DNA of 43,802 bases, taken from contig JAJECZ010000212.1 of the NCBI GenBank assembly GCA_022821735.1, positions 1 to 43,802 of the forward strand, read 5' to 3'. Each line of letters starts with the position of its first letter. Position 1 is the first letter of the stretch. Positions 26,078 to 34,785 of the stretch are shown piece by piece. The translations under genes and the position numbers were made by a program. The stretch is from Alphaproteobacteria bacterium (lineage in GTDB: Bacteria > Pseudomonadota > Alphaproteobacteria > Bin95). Below the pieces are notes generated by a model, which ran no database searches, was not told where the DNA came from, and worked only from the letters and a program-made list of their open reading frames with translations.

Positions 26078-29000
26078 CTAGAAATGGGCTTTGGCGAGAG
26101 CAACAGCATCGAGTCCGATCTGCGCCCCGATGAGCCGTCCCGGGATGTCGTCCGCCGGCGGGTGGATGCCGCCCCATATGCGCGACAGGCTGCACTGGTC
26201 GGCGGCGTCGCGATAGGTCGCCCATTGCAGCACCATGTCCACTGATGGCCCACGCTCGAAGACCAGGAACCCGTTCGCCGGGATCCGGAACTCACTCATG
26301 CCGCCGGGAAAGAACGGGTCGCCGGTAAGCGCCGTCAGCACCTCCGCCGCAGCCCGAGAATAAGTGGAATGACCCGAGACATAGCCCGCGAAGGGCGGGG
26401 TGACGAACGTGGGCCGCTGGTAGGGCCACCAGTGTTCCGCGAGAATCCAGCCGACACCGGCCGCGTCGGTCGCCGGGTCGGCTACGTGGTCGGGCCCGCG
26501 CCAGGCCCGTATCTTGATCTTGCCCGCATGCGCACCGTCCTCGCCCGCGAGAGGGTCGTCCGGGCCGACCAGCTCGATCAGGCCGGCCGTTAACGGGATG
26601 CCGTCGGCGGACCATGAAGGAAGCGCGGGATCGCTGGACTGTCCCTGGTCCGCCATGAACCTGATTGCCGAGATCGGCCGGACATAGTCATACCAACCCT
26701 TGACCCCCCATGAAGCGATGGCGGCGTCGTGCATCGCTCCGCCCAGGGCGAAGTATGTCTTCACGTCCCATTCGAGCGGATCGAGAACGGGCCCCTCCCC
26801 CCCGAGCCGCCTGACCAGCTTCTCGTGGTCGCTGACCGCATTCAGGATCGCGTACCAGTGGCCGGGCGGGGTCTCGGAGTCGGGTCCGTCGGCCCAGAAC
26901 TCGGCGAGCGCGCGCGCATAGTCGCCGCGCGGCACGACCTGGGGCACGTAGGGCTCGCCCGTGGCGGGATTGACCCGGTGACCCGGACCGTGCGGGTTCC
27001 CGTCGTAGAAGGAAGGATAATCCTCGACCCTGCGCGGCAGAGCGGAGATGTTGCCGATGCCCGAAGGCGCGATGTCCATCAGCACGCCGTCCGCAGGCGA
27101 AAGCTCGGACGACCACCGGGCAACCAGCGAGAAGCCCCACCTGTAGTGTCCGGACAGGGAATCTCTCGAGAATGGCGGCGGGCCGGGATCGTGGTAGACG
27201 TACCAGTCGGCCCCGTCCCTGCGATAGACTGAAAGGTCTTTCCCTGACAGCGCGAAGGGCAGGACCCGGCCCCACTCGGGAGTAACGAAGACGGAAATGT
27301 TGTCCGCTGCGAATCCCGCCTGGTCCACGAAGCTCGCCAGATGGAGGGGTTGCCAGCGGTCGGGATCCGCGAGGTCCGGATTGCCCGGACGCGACGGCTT
27401 CAGCTTCCTGTTGACAGGCTCGTAGTGGAGGCTTGCGTAGTTGTTCGCCTCGTTGGAGCCGTCCTCAAACCCCCGGGCGATGTAGAGCGCGCCGATGCAG
27501 GCGCCCAACGCCGCCGCGGGCCCGCTGTTGCCGGCGTCGTATCCAAGCGCTGCCATGAGCGTATCGGCGTTGCGCAGGGTTGCGGACGCCCCCGGCGAAT
27601 GCCGGAAGCGGTGCCGGATGAGGCGCCACGCAGCATGGCTGATGGCTTCCCGTCGCGCGGCAGGGATGCCATCGGCAGACGGAACCGGCGTCGGCTCGCA
27701 GACGGGGTCGGGGTCGCCGAACAGGTAGGGCCTCGCCGTTCCGGAATACGAGGCCCAGGCGTCGTACATGGCGGCGGACAGATGAAACAGGTTTCGGGCA
27801 TGGACCGTCGGCCGCGAGAGATCGTCGCGGATCGCCTGCAACAGTACCTCGATCCAGCGCCGCGCGACCGAGATACCGGGGTCCGACAGTGCCGGCCCCG
27901 GCAGGAAGTTGGCAAAGATCGTCGCGTCGTTCGCCGGCATGACGAATGTCGTGCGGGGCGAGCGATCGTCGGCAAATGTCCCGCCGCCCTCGCTGCTCCA
28001 GTGGCTGAAGCGATAGTTGTCTGCAGGTGCGCCGGCCTCGACGGAGACCGTTTCCCCTTCGGCATGGAGACCGCCTTCAGCGCCGCCCGCAACGCTGAGC
28101 ACGGAGCCGCGGTGCGGCGGCTGACGGATGCTGAGACGACGGTCGGCCAGGATGTTCTCCAGCCGGCTGACCTCACCGCCCGGGCCGGGCCACATCACCT
28201 CCACCGCGGATACCGTTTGCTCCCGGCCGAGGCCGAAGTGCAACGTCGCAGGCCCCTGGGACAGGTAGCCGTCGCCAAACCGAACCTCTTGCGTCTGGCT
28301 GCCTGACGGAGTGTGGACGACCACGCGGGCGCCGATCGCCTCCGGGTTGGCATGCCGGCCGACGAGGTCGAGGGCGAGCCAGTGATTGCCGGTCTCGAAG
28401 GCGTTGCGATAGACGGTCGGAGCGGCGCCCAGATTGGCGATGAAGATGTCGACCCTGCCATCGCCATCGTAGTCCGTGCAGACGACGCCCCGGCCCTGGC
28501 CGGTGTGATCGATACCGAGTTCGCTTCCGCGTTCCGAGAAGGTGCCGTCTCCGTTCGACATGAACAGGCGCGACCTGTCCTCGAGAAATTCGAGCACGCT
28601 CTCCCTGTCTTCAGCTTCGCTGGGATCGTTGTCCACATTCCACCCGTTGGTATGAAAGAGATCGAGGTGGCCGTCATTGTCGAAATCCGCCCAGCAGGCG
28701 CCCCAGCCCCAGCCGCCCTCGCGAACGCCGGCGGCCTCGGTTGCATCCTCGAACCTGCCCGTCCCGTCGATGTTCCGATAGAGGCGGTTCCCGGTGGTTC
28801 CCTGGCCGCCGCTCTTGTCCGGGTCGAAGATGCTGGTCACGAACCAGTCGATATCGCCGTCCCGGTCGTAGTCGCCGGCCGAGGCGCCCATGCCGTTCTC
28901 GTCGGTCAGTACTGTCTTCCCCGTTTCGACGAAGGCGATACCGCGGTCGTTGCGCAGAATCTGGCTCGTCCCGAAGTCGCCGGCCAGCAGCAGATCGGGA

Positions 29001-29770
29001 TCGCCGTCTCCATCGATATCGGCGAATGTCGGCGTGAAGGCGTAGTGGAACGGCGTGCCCGACCTGCGGGTTTCCCGGGCATGCATGAGGATTTCGCTCA
29101 CGTCCCGATAGCGTCCCCTGCCGTCGTTTCGCCAGAGAAGGTGCGAGGGAGGGCGCACCCGGTTCGGAATTCTGCTCCAATGTGAAAAGAACAGGTCCAG
29201 GTCGCCGTCGCTGTCGTAGTCCGCCGCCGCCATGGAGTAGGCCGCCTGGTTGTGCCGGATACCGGAAATGCCGGGCGCCGTCGCGAACCGCCCTGTTCCG
29301 TCGTTGCGGAAGACCTGGACGCCGGTCTGCTGAAGCGACACGAAATCCTTCCGGCCGTCGCGGTCGAGATCGATGAAATACCCCGCCCAATCCATGTCCG
29401 CAGGTTCGATGCCGCGATTGCCGTCACGCTCCACGAAGCCGGTGCCGTCATAGCTGAACAGACGGCCCGTCTTGCCGACTCCATGGGCGACGTAGAGATC
29501 GAGCTTGCCGTCATTGTCGATGTCGGAGAGCGACAGGCCGGCAGCCTCGGGTTGTGCGCCGGCTTCCTCCAACAGTCTCCCCGAGCCGGGCACCACCGGG
29601 TAGTCGAGGCCGATCGCGGCCGAGACCTCCACGAAGCCGCGCCCTCGATATACCGCGTCTTCAGCCGACACCTCGTTCCAACCCGCAACGAACAGAAGGG
29701 CAAGGAAGAAGCGACACGACAGGCGTGCGCCACGGCGCGGACCCGCGTTTCCCTGTCGTGCCGCCTTCAT
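26078..29770 (-). CDS. Secreted multidomain protein: FG-GAP/VCBS repeats plus UnbV/ASPIC, an InlB-B-repeat-like domain, and a C-terminal vanadium-haloperoxidase/PAP2-like domain
   Basis: Signal peptide (..FFLALLFVAGWNEVSA). Many D.D.DGD.D FG-GAP repeats. ASPIC motif (GDGYLSQGPATLHFGLG....V..VEVMWPG). Repeat domain (..YRFSHWSSEGGGTF...TTFVMPANDATIFANF). PAP2/haloperoxidase motifs (YDYVRPISAIRF; YVSGHSTYS; SRIWGGIHPPADD). Confidence 0.85.
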   Translation of the reverse strand: MKAARQGNAGPRRGARLSCRFFLALLFVAGWNEVSAEDAVYRGRGFVEVSAAIGLDYPVVPGSGRLLEEAGAQPEAAGLSLSDIDNDGKLDLYVAHGVGKTGRLFSYDGTGFVERDGNRGIEPADMDWAGYFIDLDRDGRKDFVSLQQTGVQVFRNDGTGRFATAPGISGIRHNQAAYSMAAADYDSDGDLDLFFSHWSRIPNRVRPPSHLLWRNDGRGRYRDVSEILMHARETRRSGTPFHYAFTPTFADIDGDGDPDLLLAGDFGTSQILRNDRGIAFVETGKTVLTDENGMGASAGDYDRDGDIDWFVTSIFDPDKSGGQGTTGNRLYRNIDGTGRFEDATEAAGVREGGWGWGACWADFDNDGHLDLFHTNGWNVDNDPSEAEDRESVLEFLEDRSRLFMSNGDGTFSERGSELGIDHTGQGRGVVCTDYDGDGRVDIFIANLGAAPTVYRNAFETGNHWLALDLVGRHANPEAIGARVVVHTPSGSQTQEVRFGDGYLSQGPATLHFGLGREQTVSAVEVMWPGPGGEVSRLENILADRRLSIRQPPHRGSVLSVAGGAEGGLHAEGETVSVEAGAPADNYRFSHWSSEGGGTFADDRSPRTTFVMPANDATIFANFLPGPALSDPGISVARRWIEVLLQAIRDDLSRPTVHARNLFHLSAAMYDAWASYSGTARPYLFGDPDPVCEPTPVPSADGIPAARREAISHAAWRLIRHRFRHSPGASATLRNADTLMAALGYDAGNSGPAAALGACIGALYIARGFEDGSNEANNYASLHYEPVNRKLKPSRPGNPDLADPDRWQPLHLASFVDQAGFAADNISVFVTPEWGRVLPFALSGKDLSVYRRDGADWYVYHDPGPPPFSRDSLSGHYRWGFSLVARWSSELSPADGVLMDIAPSGIGNISALPRRVEDYPSFYDGNPHGPGHRVNPATGEPYVPQVVPRGDYARALAEFWADGPDSETPPGHWYAILNAVSDHEKLVRRLGGEGPVLDPLEWDVKTYFALGGAMHDAAIASWGVKGWYDYVRPISAIRFMADQGQSSDPALPSWSADGIPLTAGLIELVGPDDPLAGEDGAHAGKIKIRAWRGPDHVADPATDAAGVGWILAEHWWPYQRPTFVTPPFAGYVSGHSTYSRAAAEVLTALTGDPFFPGGMSEFRIPANGFLVFERGPSVDMVLQWATYRDAADQCSLSRIWGGIHPPADDIPGRLIGAQIGLDAVALAKAHF

Positions 29771-29835
29771 GGATGCGTTCCGTGCGCGTCCAGCATCGAT
29801 CCCCTCACGGAATGGGCTCCTGGCGTCGGACAGTT

Positions 29836-30069
29836 TCAGGCGGCCGATTTGACCGGCTCGCGGAACTGTTCCTCCTCGAAGCCTCTGGGGCTCGCATAGC
29901 CAAGAGCCGAGTGCAGGCGCCTCTTGCCATGGCTGTCGATGAAGCGCGGCAGGTGTTCCGGGACGTCTTTGGAGCCGTTACCGGTCTTGGGGACAGACCC
30001 CTCGATCTTCAGCGTCTTCATGAAGCTCTCCATCAGAGCGTTGTCGTTGAGCTGGCTGCGTCGTCCCAT
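29836..30069 (-). pseudogene. IS3-family transposase C-terminal fragment
   Basis: ..NDNALMESFMKTLKIE....LPRFIDSHGKRRLHSALGYASPRGFEEE matches the conserved IS3 OrfB C-terminus (YDNA..ESF.KTLK.E...LP.FIE..YN.KRLHSALGY.SP..FE). The upstream part is frame-broken. Confidence 0.75.
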
Positions 30070-30305
30070 CGAGCCGGTCGGTCTCTGGGAGTCCGGTTAG
30101 GGATGGATCGCGCGCCCTTCGGTCGGCGTTCTTCGGCTATGGAGCGGTCTTGGGCCCGGTGATGACGGGCATGGGCCCGCTTCTCGGCTACCGTCCTTGC
30201 GGCCGAGCTCCCCTGAGAACTCGAGTTCCGGGACCTGCTCGCCGACCAGGCCTTCGAAGGCCGCGATCCAGGAGACCGCTCCAGCGCCAAACTAATATTC
30301 ACAAA

Positions 30306-30329
30306 ATCTCCCTCAATTGGGGGGCGGCA
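30306..30329 (-). repeat. IS-end-like repeat copy
   Basis: atctccctcaattggggggcggca. It lies about 260 nt upstream of Cys-rich gene A and marks the left edge of tandem-duplication unit A. Confidence 0.6.
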
Positions 30330-30588
30330 GTACTCACCTGAACTCATACACTTTTAATGAAAATTCAGGTTCCGTGCGAGGCTCTTGCAGACCCATGCCG
30401 CATTCTCCCGCCGAAGGAATGCCGAGCCGGCATCCCGCGCTACTGTCCGGGCTGCGGCCGACATGTTTGTTCGACATACAGCATGCGCCGCCGTTGTTGT
30501 TGCGTGGGCATGCTAGTCCGCTTCTTCGCCGTGCAGTTCACCGATCCAACGAGGTCTCCGGACAGGAAGAGGGAAAGGGTATTGGACG

Positions 30589-31173
30589 ATGAAGACACCC
30601 ATCGCATTTCGAACGGTAATCGCCGCTTTGTCGGTCATGTTTTTCACGGCTGCTGCATCGGAGGCCTTGGCAGCATGCGGATCGAGCCAGCGGATGAGCC
30701 ACCGAGATTCCCGCTGCCTCGAGGCGTCGTGGGACAACAATTACTGGCCGCACACGACCACGTATGAGGTAAGAAGCGTTTGTGACCGTTGGGGCAAGGT
30801 TGTCGCGAAAATAGACCTCAAGAGCGCAGCAGACCACACTCTGCATCTGAACAACAGTGATTGGCGACGTGCCGAAGGGTCGTTTCGGGTAAGATGGATT
30901 TACTGCTGCAAGGACATAAGCGACCTCTGCAACACATCGGAAATGAAGACAAATGAGAGTTGTCGCGACGGCTTCGAAGACCGCGATGAAGTCGACGACT
31001 GTACTCTTGACGACGGGACTTCCGGAGCGCGGATCAGGGGCGACCATTGCGTATATAACGCAAGTTGCCTTGACGATGCGTCGCAACCGAACCAGACGTC
31101 GCTCTCCATCCACCGAGCGGACCTGGAGTTCCTGAAAAACTGCAACGGCGTCCTGAAAAGGGATTCCTGCTGA
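30589..31173 (+). CDS. Cysteine-rich secreted or lipo-protein, paralog A (194 aa, 12 Cys)
   Basis: Signal peptide MKTPIAFRTVIAALSVMFFTAAASEALAAC; ends ...NCNGVLKRDSC. GC content is visibly lower than in its surroundings. No family recognised. Confidence 0.8.
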   Translation: MKTPIAFRTVIAALSVMFFTAAASEALAACGSSQRMSHRDSRCLEASWDNNYWPHTTTYEVRSVCDRWGKVVAKIDLKSAADHTLHLNNSDWRRAEGSFRVRWIYCCKDISDLCNTSEMKTNESCRDGFEDRDEVDDCTLDDGTSGARIRGDHCVYNASCLDDASQPNQTSLSIHRADLEFLKNCNGVLKRDSC

Positions 31174-31691
31174 TCCTGCCGGCCGAAGGAGGGGGCCTCG
31201 CTGAGCCGTGATGGAATGTTCGCCGATCTGGCGGCCCCGTTTCTCGCGGGCGCGGCGTCCGGCGCCGCCGGGTGCCGCCCCAGGGTACAGTATGCGGTCG
31301 AGATGCTCTCGTGCATGGCGCGGTGATGATCTGACATGTGCTCCGTGCGGATGCCGTAACGGTTGGACCCGGTCAGGCGGCTATGGACAGCGGTCCGTTC
31401 GCCATTGCGGGACAATGGGAGTTCGATCCCCCGTTCGCCGCGCCCGGAGCGTAGCGCCAACGTCTTGCCGGAGAAGTCCCACATGCCGCAGAGCGCCGGG
31501 GCATAGTCGAATCGGATCTGCAAAGCCCCGCGCCGGTCCCCGAGACGAGCCTTGAGGCAGGCGCAGAAACTGGATCTCTAGCCGTAAGCTCTTCTGCCCT
31601 GCGCGAGAACCCGGTCGCGATATACCACCCGGAGTTGGCGGGGCGTCGGCCGGGCGCGGCGCCGCTTCCGAACCCGAATGAACGAGAAAGA

Positions 31692-31715
31692 ATCTACCCC
31701 AACTGGGGGGCGGCA
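31692..31715 (-). repeat. IS-end-like repeat copy
   Basis: atctaccccaactggggggcggca. It lies about 260 nt upstream of Cys-rich gene B. Confidence 0.6.
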
Positions 31716-31972
31716 GTAATCGCCCGAACTCGTAGACTTTCGACGAAAACCAGGTTCCGTGCGAGGTTCATACAGGCCATGCCGCATTGCCACGCCGAAG
31801 GAATGCCGAGCCGGCATCCCGCGATATTGTCCGGGCCGCGGCCGTCAGGCCAGTCCGACATGCAAAATGCGCCGCCTTCGTTGTTGCCCTGGCACGCCAG
31901 GGCGCTCCCTCGCCGTGCAGTTCACCCATCCAACAAGGTCTCCGGACAGCAAGAAGGAAAGGGTATCGGACG

Positions 31973-32557
31973 ATGAACACGCGCATCGCATTTCGAACGG
32001 TAATCGCCGTTCTGTCGGTCATGTTCCTCACGGCTGCGGCATCGGACGCCTGGGCGGCGTGCGGATCGAGCCAGCGGATGAGCCACCGCGATTCCTTCTG
32101 TCTCCAGGCGTCGTGGGACAACAACAGCTGGCCGCACACGACGTCGTATGAGATGAGAAACATCTGCTCTTCCTGGGGCAAGGTCGTCGCGAAAGTCGAC
32201 AGAAAAGACGATTCGGACCTCACATTGCACCTGGTCAACGACTCCACGAGAACCGGCAGCGGGTGGTACAGGATCAGGTGGATTTACTGTTGCAAGGACA
32301 TAAGCGATCTCTGCAACAGGTCGGACATGCAGACAAACGCGAGCTGTCGCGAAGGCTTCGAGGACAACAACGAACTCGACGACTGCACGCTCGACGCGGG
32401 GTCCGAAGGAGCGAGGATTCAGGGCGAGCAGTGCGTATACAGCGCAAGCTGCCTCGACAATGCGTCGCAACCGAACGAGACGACGTTCATCGTCTTCCGA
32501 CCGGACGTGGACGATTTGAAGAATTGCAACGGCGTCTTGAAACAGGATTCCTGCTGA
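31973..32557 (+). CDS. Cysteine-rich secreted or lipo-protein, paralog B (194 aa, 12 Cys)
   Basis: MNTRIAFRTVIAVLSVMFLTAAASDAWAAC...NCNGVLKQDSC. It is colinear with paralog A and all 12 Cys positions are conserved. Confidence 0.8.
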   Translation: MNTRIAFRTVIAVLSVMFLTAAASDAWAACGSSQRMSHRDSFCLQASWDNNSWPHTTSYEMRNICSSWGKVVAKVDRKDDSDLTLHLVNDSTRTGSGWYRIRWIYCCKDISDLCNRSDMQTNASCREGFEDNNELDDCTLDAGSEGARIQGEQCVYSASCLDNASQPNETTFIVFRPDVDDLKNCNGVLKQDSC

Positions 32558-33121
32558 TCCTGCCGGCAGAAAGAGGGTGCCTTGCTCTTCCGCGATTGAA
32601 TGATCGCCGAACTCGCGGGCGTGGCGTCCGGCACTGCCGAGCAGCACATGCGCTTGGGCGAAGCCCGACCGGGCCGGACGGAGGTGCTGCAACATACGGT
32701 CGAGAGGCTGGCCGGCAGCTGTCAAGGCGACGACATGAGCGCGAGGTCCGACAGGCCCTTCCCGCCCGTCTCGTGGTCTAGGCGGAAGATCGCCTCCTGT
32801 TCCGGCCCCTGCCCGGGGGCGCCAGACGGCAATCCCGCGTTCCGGCGTGCTCCGCACGCCGGGGGCCAGATCCGGATGACCGCGAATCGGCTCCCGGAAC
32901 ACGCCGGTCGGACGGATGCCGGGACCGGCCCCCGGGGACAGGCGCATTCGGCCTCGACGGTATCGGCCGGCGGGTTCCAGTGCCCCGACCGCGCGGTGCG
33001 CTCTTCCCTTTGCAAAGAAACGGGCCCGGGCAGACCGGCAGACCTGGGTGAGCCGCCGTTACACATCGACATGTTTCAGGCGGCGCGCCGATCTTCGTCC
33101 GCGGAGTGCCAAATCCACGCT

Positions 33122-33829
33122 TCAGGAAAGGGCGGCAAGCGCTGCCTCCAGAGTCTCGCGGCAGTCCATGACCGACCGAAAGCCGCTCATGTCGACAACC
33201 GACCGGCATGAGGGCTGCAAGGCAGCGATAACGAACCTGCCGCCCGATTGCTGACATGTCTTCGCGCTGACGAGGAGGCCGCGCAGTCCGGCGCTGTTGA
33301 CATAGCTCATCCGGCTGCAATCCAGCGCCACACGGGCGTTGCCGGCCGCGACGACGGTGGAAACCCGGGCCTCCAGCAGCGGAGCGCCGCTGCCATCCAG
33401 CCGGCCGCTCACCGACAGGACGACCGCAACCTCCTCGCGGCGCTCCTCGATCGTGGTCTCCCCGCCGTCTTCCGGCATCGACTTAACGCCGCCCTCCCCG
33501 GAAGCGGCAAGGGCTGCCTCGACGGTCTCGTGGTAGTCGAGAACCGAGAGCAGACCACTCACGTTCACGACCTCCCGGCACTCCGGCCTGAGCGCAGCAA
33601 TGATGAAGGTGCCGCCCTCGTTCCCGCACGATTTAGCGCCGACCAGGAGCGCGCGCAGACCGGCACTGCTGATATAGGATATTCGCCGGCCGTCCAGAAT
33701 CACACGGTTGTCGCCCCGCCTCACGATAGCGGAAACCCGGGCTTCCAGAACCTGCGCGCCGGCCGCGTTCAGCGGCCCCTCCGGGGACACGACGACTTTC
33801 CGTTCCAGGCTCCGCTCCAGGATTCTCAT
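33122..33829 (-). CDS. Tandem-STAS domain protein (two anti-sigma-factor-antagonist-like domains)
   Basis: Two internal repeats each carry a SpoIIAA-like core: ..VILDGRRISYISSAGLRALLVGAK...FIIAAL.P.CREVVNVSGL.. and ..VALDCSRMSYVNSAGLRGLLVSAK...FVIAALQPSCRSVVDMSGF... The ATG at 33844 is an alternative start. Confidence 0.8.
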   Translation of the reverse strand: MRILERSLERKVVVSPEGPLNAAGAQVLEARVSAIVRRGDNRVILDGRRISYISSAGLRALLVGAKSCGNEGGTFIIAALRPECREVVNVSGLLSVLDYHETVEAALAASGEGGVKSMPEDGGETTIEERREEVAVVLSVSGRLDGSGAPLLEARVSTVVAAGNARVALDCSRMSYVNSAGLRGLLVSAKTCQQSGGRFVIAALQPSCRSVVDMSGFRSVMDCRETLEAALAALS

Positions 33830-33840
33830 GGCGCCGCCTT

Positions 33841-34605
33841 TCATCGGTCACGCCGATTGCCGTCCGCACGCGCCGCGGCGACGAGTTCCTTCATCTGGAT
33901 GTCGTCGATTGCGCCCGGGACCAGGGAATCCCCGATCACGAATGCCGGCGTGCCCGAAATCCCCAGCGCCCCGGCGAGCCGCCTCGTCTCCTCGAGATAG
34001 GCTGCGGTCGCAGGATCGCCCATGTCGCGGCGGAGCCGCTCCACGTCGAGCCCGACCGCGGCGGCGAGCCCGAAAATCCCCTCTTCGGTCAGCTTCTCCC
34101 CGGTACCCATCATGGCGACATGGAAATCGTGATAGAGCCCTTGCCGGTCAGCCGCCATTGCGGCAACTGCGGCCAAGTCCGAGACCGGACCCAGGATGGG
34201 AAACTCCTTCCAGACCACGCGGACCCGGTCGTCGGATTCCAGCAACGCCATCACGGCCGGAAACGCCCGCTTGCAGTAGCTGCATCTGTAGTCGAAGAAC
34301 TCGACCACGGTGACGTCGCCCTCGGGGTTGCCGGAGACCGGCGACAGGGGATGCGCCCGCAGGGCCCGGTCGTTTTCCGCGATCGCCGCCCGGGCGCGGC
34401 TCAGGCGCTCCTCCTCGCGCCTCTGGCGAAGAATCTGCATCGCCTCTTCCAGGACCTCGGGGTTCTCCAGCAGATACTCCCTGACGATCTCTCCGACCGC
34501 CTTCCTGTCGAGATTCGGGTCCGGCGCCGACTGCGCCCGGCTCTCCGGGGCCGGCATCATGATGGAAACGGCGATCACGGCCGCCAGCATCGTCATCATT
34601 CGCAT
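33841..34605 (-). CDS. DsbA-family periplasmic thiol:disulfide oxidoreductase
   Basis: Signal peptide, thioredoxin-fold active site (VVEFFDYRCSYCKR) and the DsbA-like cis-Pro region (ISGTPAFVIG). Confidence 0.9.
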   Translation of the reverse strand: MRMMTMLAAVIAVSIMMPAPESRAQSAPDPNLDRKAVGEIVREYLLENPEVLEEAMQILRQRREEERLSRARAAIAENDRALRAHPLSPVSGNPEGDVTVVEFFDYRCSYCKRAFPAVMALLESDDRVRVVWKEFPILGPVSDLAAVAAMAADRQGLYHDFHVAMMGTGEKLTEEGIFGLAAAVGLDVERLRRDMGDPATAAYLEETRRLAGALGISGTPAFVIGDSLVPGAIDDIQMKELVAAARADGNRRDR

Positions 34606-34785
34606 GGGTCATGTTCCTTGTCTGTGTATGCGTGCGGAGGACTCATCGATCACCCGTAAACCACGGCGCGGACGATCGTCTGTCGAGTTGATTTGCGGGC
34701 CGGATTGGCGCAATTTTCGCTGGACGAAATCCCCGGCCAATGGCGTGGCGACCATATACGGACGGAAAGATCGGAGGGCGCCGGC

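Larger units (their letters stand above)
29836..30333 (-). mobile_element. Heavily deleted IS3-family element (IR-like end plus transposase tail)
   Basis: A terminal repeat (reverse strand tgccgccccccaattgagggagat, 30306-30329) lies about 240 nt from the transposase C-terminal fragment. An intact IS3 element would be about 1.2-1.5 kb. Confidence 0.5.
30303..32715 (+). repeat. Tandem duplication (two units, period about 1385 bp) of a cassette: IR-like motif, ~260-bp leader, Cys-rich gene, ~130-bp tail
   Basis: Motif to motif is 31692-30306=1386. Start codon to start codon is 31973-30589=1384. Leaders align almost base for base (caggttccgtgcgagg...catgccgcatt...cgccgaaggaatgccgagccggcatcccgcg). 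Similarity continues past the stop codons (tgatcctgccggc...). Confidence 0.8.

Noticed and set aside
31890-31905. Sigma-54-like promoter TGGCAC-N-GC (tggcacgccagggcgc) upstream of Cys-rich gene B.
   Set aside because: The GG-to-GC spacing is one nt short of the -24/-12 consensus. The equivalent position upstream of paralog A (tgggcatgctagtccgc) lacks both elements.
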